This document shows positions 53,549 through 64,000 of a stretch of DNA of 64,000 nucleotides, one piece after another. The DNA comes from Tubiluchus corallicola (lineage: Eukaryota > Animalia > Priapulida): NCBI GenBank assembly GCA_030141605.1, contig JAQGDQ010000922.1, positions 16,022 to 80,021 on the forward strand, written 5' to 3'. The notes below the pieces were generated by a model. It was given only the letters and a program-made list of their open reading frames with translations, was not told the origin of the DNA and searched no databases. The stretch's first letter is position 1. The number at the start of each line of letters is the position of its first letter. The translations under genes were made by a program, and so were the position numbers.

Positions 53549-56500
53549 TGTTTCAATTTTATCAATTCGCTCAGCTAAAAAGTCTCCATGAGCGTTCTTA
53601 TCTGAAAGTAAAGAGTTTTACAATAAATGAGTCAATCAAAGCAAATGCTGAGCAGTTATTCACTGTAGTGGCTGCAAACACGTGCAACACGCTTGTGGAA
53701 AATCTTTACTGTTGAAAATGTTAGTTTGTGATGTCATCAATAGTTGGGCTCGCCCGCTGTTCAGTAAGTTTTTAATCTATTATCTACTTATCAGAAACGC
53801 TTTTGCATTATTAATTGCGTTGAAATGTACACTTTTTATCGGACTTGAAAATAGGGTAGTGTATGAAAAATCATCCTGTCTTCCTTTTAAACACGCCAAA
53901 ATGCTACGAAATGCAGATTCGTGGAACGACTAGATGGTCACGCAGCAGATTTGAAATGTTGATTGAATCAAGTATTTTGTCATTACAAAACACGCTGACT
54001 CAAGTGGGAAGAAAGCAGAAATGAATCTGCAGAGTTACTAGTTCCACTTTTTGCTACTGTTTTCCTTTAAATACTAATGAGGTGGAAGTCGAGAAGAGGC
54101 TGAGAAATCAACAAATTAATCAGGAACTCTCCTGCTTTAACCACCCGAGCTACAGACACACCTGGAAAACAAGGTTCATATTCTTTCCTTACAGGATGTA
54201 GTGGGTGGATAGGCCCTTTTTTGGTTTTAATTTAGTTCTCAATTACTGCCACAGTGCTGCCACCTGTTTGTTTATTTAGTAGGCTTTTTACTTTTTACAG
54301 TAGTCACTCTTTGAAAATTGAAGCATCTAAAATCCTTCAATACATTAGCATTTTGGCCTTTCGTGAGCTATAGCTGTTGTAGTTGTATGACATTTTACCC
54401 GTCTTTGGTTCTCTCCGCCATTGCTTTAGTGTTGTGTCTGTGATGACTAAATTTTTCTAACGAGTTTATTGTTGTGACATCGTTGTTCTTAAGGCCTTGC
54501 AGTTCTCATTCCTGTCTTTGTAACTGTTAAAGGCTCTAACAACGTAAGTTATTATTAATTAATTTCAATATAGTCTACATAATTTTTATATCAGTTCTTA
54601 GTTATAGCAATACATTTAATCATGCAACTAATTTTCTTCTACTCAATGCAAATTAAACTAAATGTTAATAATTGTATTTCAGAATAAAGAAACTTTTGGT
54701 CAACACGTTAAACTGGTGTTTTGCATCCATTTTATTCACAAAGCACAAGAAAACCCTTCACAAACATCAAGCTCGAATAGTTTGGCTTGAAATTTTATGT
54801 CACTTTCATACTGCTTTTTTGCACGCAGGACTTCAATCGGCAGGCACGCTGTATAAAACATGTAAATTTAAACTCCTGCGATGACCGTTAGATGCAGCCA
54901 TTTTGACGACAGGTCATTTGAAACAAGTTTAGATAACATTGAGTAATGTTTGAAAATATAATCAGAACATTCGTAGAGCACTCTTCGCTAACTAAGTAAA
55001 AATTTAAATCACTTTATCTTGTCAGTAAGATTAAAAACACATTAATGGTTGGTGAATAGTGCACCCTGGCGGGTCAGCGACATTTTATCAATTGGTGAAA
55101 GCACTTTAAATAATTAATAATTTTCTTTTGTAGTTACATAAGTCTTTCAAGTAGGCAAGCGAAATGATAAGAAAAATAATTTTACATAGAAAGTTTTTTG
55201 GGACAGAGTTTAACATTGCCTTTTCTTCCCCTGATTTACGTTTGCGTAAGTGACGTCATGCAATGGCGACTTTGGAACAGTGTCGCGGGAGATTTAAAAT
55301 GAAAACAAACAACAATTCCTTTCAATGCGAGTACGACATACGCACAAAAATCCTATAAAGTTATATAATTTTTTAAGGCGAGTTTACTGAAACAGACTTC
55401 AGGTGCCCCTTTTCTTGTCCTTCAAGTTCAAGAATCATTAAACTTCACACTTCGTTCCTTTTCAGCAACTTTAGTTTCAAAATTGAATAATGGTGGTATT
55501 AAGGCCAGTGTGAACCTGACTTAATAAATTTTAATATTGTAGCCAAGGTGGCTCCATCTAGCTGGAAAGTTTAAAGTGTGGGCATTGACCTAGTCCTGTG
55601 CAAGCTAGCGAAATATTTCATTAGATATATGCCGCAAAGATGTAAGTTTATTTCTATTAATTTTTATCTTGATTTATTCATTAACATTTTTGATTGAACT
55701 AAATAACTGTCAATCTAACTAAACTATGTAACTTTTCATAAAATTAGCCAATGTCAGTCACTATTCTATTTTAAATTTTGCCGAAATAAAAATCAGTGGT
55801 TTACGTGAAATTCAATTGAGACTTTTGAAGGTTTGTCATAAATGCCTCTGAGAGACACTAACAGGTGAGTTCATTCCAAATATCAATGGAGCCCATTATC
55901 ATTCACAGCGCGGTTAATGGCCGAGTAAATATAGTGTAAAATAATCAATAAGTTGTGAGTGAGCTTGTCTTTTGACCGACTTAAACCAACCCATCTCAGG
56001 TTTCAGTTTAACTCAGTTTTACTCTGACTCAGCTCTCCGAATGACTCAAATCAACTTATTCTAATTCAGTTATTATTATCATGATCATCATCATCACACG
56101 CCCGTCACGTCTATTTGTAGACATTGGGCACGCAGAATTCTAAAATAAATCTGCCTTCAGACAGGTAAACGCAGCAGTAATCCAGTAAAAAAGCTAGACA
56201 CTGCTACGCCAGTGGCTTGTCAGCACCACTTCCGATAAATTAAATTAATTTCATCATCATCATACGCCCGTCACGTCTATTGTAGACATTGGGCAGGCAG
56301 AATTCTAAAATAAAAAAAATCTGCCTTCAGACAGGTAAACGCAGCAGTAATCCAGCAATACGCAAACTCTTTTCACCCGATTCAACTTCGTGTAAGAGGA
56401 ACTTTGTGCAGTTGTCAAGTGAAATCAAAGCTCATACGACCATCAGCTCAAAGCAGCTCAAATAAAATGTGAACGCAACTCGCGACTATAATTAGACATT

Positions 56501-56799
56501 AGTTCAACTCACTTCTCCCAACAAGGTAAGTTAACCACAAATCATTAAAAAAATATTCTATTAGTCTTTAATGTTTCTTCTTCTGACGGTAGTCCATTGT
56601 TAATCTATGACCAAAATATTACACTTTTCAAGGTACTTCAAAAATTCGTTAAGAATACTGTTAGTGTTAGACTTGCGTAAGGAAACAGACTTGTATTTTC
56701 TGGATCAAGCAGTCACATTTTCTTATGCATTGTTTTTTGCAGAGTTTACCTGTAATTTCTCAAACCCCACGCTACTACGAACAACAAAGGAGAAGAAAA

Positions 56800-57450
56800 G
56801 AAATTTAATGACGATGGTAAAATGCATCGTGAGGTTAATGAAACACAACAATTCTTAACCATCGTTTTCCATAAGCATTTCTAAGATTTTGACATTCAAT
56901 GTGTGCAACAAATAAAATATCTTGGAGTACTAATAGATTACTCTCTTTCATGGAAAGCAAATGTTGCATATGCAATACCTTGTTAACAAAACCAGTAAAA
57001 TTATAGATATATTTTTGAGACTTAGGCAGTTCCTGAATTGTGATGCAGAGAAACTTCAATATTTTCCCTCTTTTCAGCATAATTATTATTTATAGCGCGT
57101 TTACCTATGGATCAATCAGCACTTCATTACACATAAATTGTGTCTCCTAGATATTAGACAAAATAAATTTATTAGACTCAGGACAAAGACAAATGGAACA
57201 GCCCACGTTATATCTTTATGCTAACATAAAAATCTTAAAACTTCAGGAGGTGCATAAGTTAGAGTTGGCCAAACTCTTGTTATAGATTCAACCGTTATAA
57301 TGCTTCTTGAAGTTATTCGTAATTACTATAAATCTGTAACTAAAGTACATGAATAGCATACCGATTTGCTACTAAACAAACCTACTGTGTTCAAATATTT
57401 AATACAAACAAATGGCAAAAATAACTGGCTTATCCAAATGCATTAATTTG
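56800..57450 (+). mobile_element. Degenerate L2/CR1-clade LINE, RT C-terminal fragment
   Basis: IKYLGVLIDYSLSWK and RQNKFIR motifs with frameshifts. Confidence 0.65.
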
Positions 57451-57681
57451 CTCATCGAGGTCAAAAATGCTATATTTATTTTTGCTATTACCTATTTGAT
57501 ATGCAACATTGAATCCATCTCTGAATGCGGTGCATGACTCTATCTACTTGTAATAAATCATTTTAACGTTTTCCATTTGCAATAATTTATTAAGTATGAT
57601 CAGATTTTCGTGGTTTATTTTTCCTACAAAAATGCGTATAATTATTATCCCTTTGCAGCCATGAAAGCTGAATGTAAATCT

Positions 57682-57714
<33 letters not shown>

Positions 57715-57839
57715 TTATTTGGAAGTGTAAATACAATTATTTGCTCATGGTTTCAAGTTATCCTAAGTTTTGTTATAGTATGTTCTTTGGCTTGTTGTCA
57801 TTAAATTTTCATTGCCCATTATGTTTATTCCTTATCCAT

Positions 57840-57912
57840 TGTGCTACCTTCTTATAAAAAAACTCCAACAACATAATTATGTTGTTGGAGTTTTTCATAA
57901 GAAGGTAGCACA
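57840..57912. other. Spacer-less near-perfect palindrome (73 bp)
   Basis: tgtgctaccttcttat..aaaaactccaacaacataa|ttatgttgttggagtttttcataagaaggtagcaca. Confidence 0.9.
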
Positions 57913-58802
57913 GTTTAATATGGTGATCTTCTGTAAGTGTAATTATGAAATTATACAACAAATCAAAAATCACTGACGCTAAACAATTTGTCACTGCAGT
58001 GTGTGAACGCCTGAGTTACTCCAATCTACAGGTAAGTCTGGTCACATGACCTGTTTAAAAGGAAACCAGTTTATAACAGAAAAGAGGGGGCAACACAAGT
58101 TTAAATAAATCAGCACATCCATTTCTTTGTATTAGTTCTCTTGTTGCATAGTTTTTTCAGCATTATACTCGACATAATCGGTCGAATATCGCCGCATATA
58201 TTCGTTTCATTATATTTAGTTTCCTTTTATTATATATTTTGATCTCTGTTAATAGTTCTTTAATTATAATTTACTTTCTTACTTGATTTAATTTGGTTCT
58301 TTGTTTTACGGGTTAGTCATTTTGTTATATATTTTACAGATATGGTTTTTTGCCATTGCATATTTTCTATTTATTTCATTATTTCCTTACCATATTGTCT
58401 ATTTAGTTGATTTGTTTTCTATGCATAAGTTGTTCCAACTATAGACTTTTCAGTAAGAGTAATTTTTCTTCTACTCTATATAACAGTAACACGGCAGCTC
58501 TAAAATATTTTCTTATAATTACATTACATTAATCAAAGAAGGGTAGCTGATGACCAATAATTCGTCCTTTGCTGCCCTTTCTTCTGCATCCCTGACACTT
58601 TTATGCATGTATCTTTTTACCACAATTGTTAATTCACTATAGCAGTTATTGTTTATCTTGTATGTTTGGTGTTAGTCTAGGAAGTAAATAAAAATGTTTA
58701 CGTATATGTTAAAGTGCGGTCCATAGGTTTTACTTTCTCCAAAATTTGTGGTGCGCCTTTTAGACTTTGTTTTCGCTGCGGATGACGGGATATGTTTATA
58801 GT

Positions 58803-61800
58803 ATGGCGGCAGATGGCCAGTCAATCGTTTTCAAAAAAGCCTCAAAGAAAAACATAAGGAGCCAAAGAAAGATATCTAACGCAAATAGCTCGTCTGAGGA
58901 AGATGAGAACAGCGACGGTGGTGTCAGGTATTCGATGGTGTATAAAATGTTTCTGTCTGCATAAATGTACACATTGCTTAGAATATCAACATCATATGTA
59001 TTTATTTTATTATGCCTTTACTTTAGGCTTTATGTCCATGATATTTATGTTCAAATTTAAACTTAATCTCAGTTAATCTCAATAGTTTTACACACCTTAT
59101 TCTGAAATCTTCATCAAGATAATTGCGCATATGATTAATTAATAATAGCAACATTACTTACAGGGTGGTTGACTTTGGTAACTTTTACTTTTAGTTTTTC
59201 GCCACCTTTTCACCAATCACTTGAACACCATTAACTCAGATAATTTATTCATTTAATAACCTTGTCACTTTATATCATATTACCATATTATCGTTCCATG
59301 CTTTGTGTTTGTCTTGTAAAAAAGGTGATAAATAAAGATACTTTTTTGTAAAACTACTTTGTAAAGATACTTTTATAAAGATATCAATTTTTTTGTAAAA
59401 CTAGTTTTAGTAGTATAATATGCCCTACTCCTTAGTTGATGTCCAAGTAGAGTTCTCTCTTCTGACTTCAATGCGTGAGCAAAGCACAGCTTATTATATT
59501 AACAAGATTGCTGTTGCGGCTGTACTGTAGTCTGCGTTACTAGACCTATTTCAAATGAAATTACCGATAGGTCGCTTATACAGAATGCAGCAAACTGCAC
59601 TAAAAAATCGCAACACCAGCGCATGCATGACTTCTTTTTGTCAGAGCGATTCTTCAAAACTTTTTGGATTTTTTATAGCAAGCAATTTGAAGTGAGTTTT
59701 GTTATATAAATCATGTGAAAATCGCTTCTTATTTTCCGATACGATAACGGTGAAAACAGATTTTTCGTATTGATACTTATTCATATGTATCGTTATCATT
59801 AACATCCCTACATTACGAGCCCATATTCATCTCCTAGATTCTATGTTCTAAAAACATGGCATGTCCAACCTGTTGATATATGTTGATGTGTGTGTGTTGG
59901 TGTGTATATATTTAGTTACTGACTGTATCCGCAGATTGGGATACTGATTATGCATGACCTTTTCTTTTACGATCATTTGAGCATGAAATTAAATTGCATG
60001 TTATATTATTTTCATAAGTTCATTGAGTCATTAATTAACATTGATCTGTAGCATAAACAGTTATATTTTCATATTTTTATTTCGAGTTGAAATGAAATAT
60101 TAATATTTAAGTCAATATTATAGTAACAATTTTGTTAGTTTCAGGTAATTTTATTTTCGTTTTCTTGGTTAAAAATTAGAAAGTCTTATGTATAGAAAAA
60201 CACACACGAATGAAATACATAATTTAATGAAACAACTTTTTTCTTTTTTAATATTACTACAGTACATATATTTTTCGGTTTATATATATATATTCTAAGC
60301 AATGTGTGACATATATATATATATATATGTGTGTGTGGGGGTATACTTCAGTTTATATACAATTAATATGTAAGCACTGCATAATTAGTATTAATGTGCA
60401 GCACTGCATAATACTAATTTAATACTCGGTTTGGGGTGGCTGATTCGATAACTAATGTTTTTCGCCACCCCTTCCCATTTGTTTAGTTTTTTTTATTTAT
60501 ACCTCTTTTTCTTTGTATTGTTATTGGCAAGAAAAATAAATGATTTGACTTGATTTGATTTTAGCGCCGGGTGCCCAATCTAATGCAGTCTTCTTACTTG
60601 TATTTGTTTACTCCAAGGATTCTTCTTCACCACATCATACAGATCATCATCATCATCATCATCGAATATTCTATCAGGCCATTTAATTCTTAGTAATTCT
60701 CTATAGAGACTTTAAAAAGCGTCACTTTTTAACTTTTATTGTACATAGTTCAGCATTGCATAAAAACACAGGTTCAACTAAAGTCGCTTCTTTCTCATTG
60801 TAAATATTAGCAATATGCAATACTCTTCAAAGTGCAAAAACATTGAATAACTTTCAGAAGATACAGAAAAGTGCCCTCCCTACGACCAGTGTTATAATTG
60901 CAGAGGCATTTTTCGACCATGATGTTGATAATGATGAGCTAAGTAAAATTTGCTGATATAAGCACGCCATAAACCATCTGCTGAACTTTTTTGGAAATAA
61001 AGTAGACCAGCCATTGCTAATGTGTCAAAAGAAATGTGTTGAATCTCGCATTTTTATCTTGGACCTAAAACCAGGGTTTCGCAAGATCGCAACTTATTTT
61101 GCGGCAACCAAAGAGTCCAACAGTCACCAAAACATCCACACAACTTTCTAAATAGTGTTCACGCGATTTTTGCCACGTTTTTGCAAATTTTGGGCTTTTG
61201 CACGAAATTCTCATAGCGTGTTTGTGCGTGTTTGGTGATTTCTGAGACTCTTATTTGACCAGACGAATACACAGAGTGTTTGTGCATGTTTGGTGATTTC
61301 TGAGACTCTTATTTGACTAGACAAATACACGTGTTTGTGTGTTTGGTGTTTTGGTTTTTTGGTGTGTTTGTGTGTTTGGTGTTTTGGTTTTTTGGTGGTG
61401 TTTGTGGTGTTTGGTGTTTTGGTTTTTTGGGTGGTGTTTGTGTGTTTGGTGTTTTGGTTTTTTGGTGTGTTTGTGTGTTTGGTGTTTTGGTTTTTTGGTA
61501 GCTGTTTGTGCTGTTTGGTGATTTCTGAGACTCTTATTTGACCAGACAATACACAGTGTTTGTGCATGTTTGGTGATTTCTGAGACTCTTATTTGACCAG
61601 ACAAATACACGACGTTCACACAAGTACAGTGAAGTCATTTCATGGCCTATATCTCAGCGTCTTTGACGTGTCAAAAAACTTATCTTTTTCCTTTAATCTG
61701 TTTGTACAGCAATGTCGTGGAAGATTTAAAGGTGCTGCAAAAGTTGAGAAAACGACCAGAAGGTGTCAGGTAAGTGCGATTTCGAAAACAGTGGTAATTA

Positions 61801-63147
61801 AGCATTGAGTAACGTATACGGTAAGTCCTCGCTTAACGACGCTGATGTGGTCCAGTAAAACGCGACGTTAAATGAAACGACGTTAAACGAAGCCAAGACT
61901 TCCATAGAAAATAATGTTAAAGAACTGAGATACGTTCCAGAGGCAAAAATCGATAGTGTTTTTGATCATGTAAGCATTGAATAACATTTACAGTAAGTCC
62001 TCGCTTAGCGACGTTAATGCGTTCTAGCAAAATGCGACGTTGAGCAAAACGTCGTTAATCAAAGCCAAAACCTCCATAGAAAATAATGTAAAAGAATTGA
62101 GATACGTTCCGGAGACAAAAATCAATACTGCTTTTGATCATATAAGCATTGATTAACATTTACAGTAAGTCCTCGCTTAGCGACGTTAGTGCGTTCTAGC
62201 AAAATGCGACATTAAGAGAAACGTCGTTAAATGAAGCCAAGACTTCCATAGAAAATAATGAAAACTGTGGAAAAAATGAATGCTGCTTGAATCATGTAAC
62301 TTAAACATTTTATGAGTTTTATTCATATTTCTACTGATTAATTTCTTTCTGTTTGCCTGAAACCACCTATATGGCTTACTTACTAATACAGAGTTGTAGT
62401 GGTTTCTCTTTCATTGACGTTTAAGCCTAGGTCAGGTTAAACCATAAACATTGCAGAGTCAAAGGGAAACCAGGGGGCGACCTTGAGAATTTTATTTAGT
62501 CTGTTTGCCTGGAACCACCTATATATTTCACTTATAAATACCTAGCTATAGCGGTTTCTCTTTCGTTAACATTTAAGCCTAGTCAGGAGTTGAACAATAA
62601 ACACTGGGGAGTCAAACCAAGCCCTGGGCGACCTTGTGAATTTTATCTGGATACTTAGTCTGGTTGCTATAGCAACAGGTTGCATGCAAAATTGCTCTCT
62701 GGTCTCACTTGATATGAACCGCTAGCATTTACTAGACAGTCGGGAAGCAATAATTGCACTGTTTACACTATTAGTGCATTTTTAGAACAGAATAATGCAA
62801 TATGTGCTGCTTTAATGCATCAAATTAGGTAAAAAAAATTTGTTGATAAAATAAAAATTGGCTTCCGGCAAAATAAGAAAATCGACTCCAGTAACCAAAT
62901 AGCCAATCACAGGGGACTAAATTTTATTTATAATCATGTCAGCATCACCACCCATTATCTAATTCATGTTTTCATTAAAATTTTCCGTAAACGGAATATT
63001 TAAAGTGCAGTTTTTTCTTCACAGTTCCGCCGGATTGGCGTTGGGCGAAAAGCGGAAAAAGGAACAGGATGTCGACCTGGATCCATTCAAGCTGAAACAT
63101 GGCGGAGTCGTCGACGTTAAGAAAATTAAGGATCGGGATCGAGACAG
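58803..63147 (+). CDS. C9orf78: C9orf78/TLS1 (HCA59) spliceosome-associated factor, exons 1-3; gene continues beyond the window
   Basis: Exons 58803-58927 (MAADGQSIVFKKASKKNIRSQRK..SSSEEDE), 61710-61769 (VEDLKVLQKLRKRPEGVS), 63025-63147 (SAGLALGEK..DPFKLKHGGVVDVKKIKDR). These match the LRKRPNGVS..DPF.MKTGG.VD.KK motif; phases are consistent. Confidence 0.88.
61217..61610. repeat. Compound minisatellite / (GT-rich) low-complexity tract
   Basis: tttggtgatttctgagactcttatttgac x4 flanking gtttggtgttttggttttttggt repeats. Confidence 0.85.
61817..62260 (+). mobile_element. Tigger/pogo-like left end, tandemly triplicated (~172-bp period)
   Basis: tac(a/g)gtaagtcctcgctta(a/g)cgacg at ~61817, ~61989, 62161. 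Confidence 0.7.
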
Positions 63148-63204
63148 GTAACAGACGTCCGGAGGAGGATAAATCCCTAGATTAAATACATGGATTTATT
63201 CTGA

Positions 63205-64000
63205 TATCATCTTCCAAAAACATCTGACATCATCTTACAAAAACACCTGACATCATCTTACAAAAACACCTGACATCATCTTCCAAAAACACCTGACATC
63301 ATCTTTCAAAAACACCTGACATCTTCCAAAAACACCTGACATCATCTTACAAAAACACCTGACATCATCTTCCAAAAACACCTGACATCATCTTCCAAAA
63401 ACACCTGACATCATCTTACAAAAACACCTGACATCATCTTCCAAAAACATCTGACATCATCTTCCAAAAACGCCTGACATCATCTTACAAAAACACCTGA
63501 CATCATCTTCCAAAAACACCTGACATCATCTTCCAAAAACGCCTGACATCATCTTACAAAAACACCTGACATCATCTTCCAAAAACACCTGACATCATCT
63601 TCCAAAAACACCTGACATCATCTTCCAAAAACACCTGACATCATCTTACAAAAACACCTGACATCATCTTCCAAAAACACCTGACATCATCTTCCAAAAA
63701 CACCTGACATCATCTTTCAAAAACACCTGACATCTTCCAAAAACACCTGACATCATCTTTCAAAAACACCTGACATCATCTTCCAAAAACACCTGACATC
63801 ATCTTCCAAAAACACCTGACATCATCTTCCAAAAACGCCTGACATCATCTTCCAAAAACACCTGACATCATCTTCCAAAAACACCTGACATCATCTTCCA
63901 AAAACACCTGACATCATCTTCCAAAAACACCTGACATCATCTTCCAAAAACACCTGACATCATCTTCCAAAAACACCTGACATCATCTTCCAAAAACACC
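63205..64000. repeat. 23-bp minisatellite in C9orf78 intron 3
   Basis: Unit catcatcttccaaaaacacctga. Confidence 0.96.

Noticed and set aside
54399-54421. Candidate ZC3H first exon ATGGCGGAGAGAACCAAAGACGG|gtaaaa
   Set aside because: It ends in phase 2 while the 53601 acceptor needs phase 1; unsupported without transcripts.

Overview
AT-rich animal genomic DNA with spliceosomal GT-AG introns. It is probably a protostome (possibly lophotrochozoan), inferred from divergent ionotropic receptors plus a NIT-domain guanylate cyclase. I reconstructed the gene models by hand. (1) An 8-exon minus-strand membrane NIT-domain guanylate cyclase (30277->2048, 593 aa) whose cyclase keeps the metal-binding Asp residues but has lost the catalytic Asn/Arg. 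(2) Inside its 16.4-kb intron 5, on the opposite strand, a 4-unit tandem array of intronless ionotropic-receptor (variant iGluR) genes: one intact, one CDS-deleted, one frameshifted, one lacking M4. (3) A minus-strand locus where the first three PRC1 exons can splice in frame to the last four exons of a GH20 beta-hexosaminidase that ends in a transmembrane helix; this is either a real chimera or an assembly artefact. (4) A ZC3H4/6/8-like triple-CCCH gene with unusual internal repeats. (5) The first three exons of a C9orf78/TLS1 splicing-factor gene. The rest is minisatellites (81, 35, 53, 86, 45, 104, 163 and 23 bp units), microsatellites, MITEs and LINE fragments. Several minisatellites derive from transposon ends. 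Homology calls rest on remembered family motifs, not database searches.
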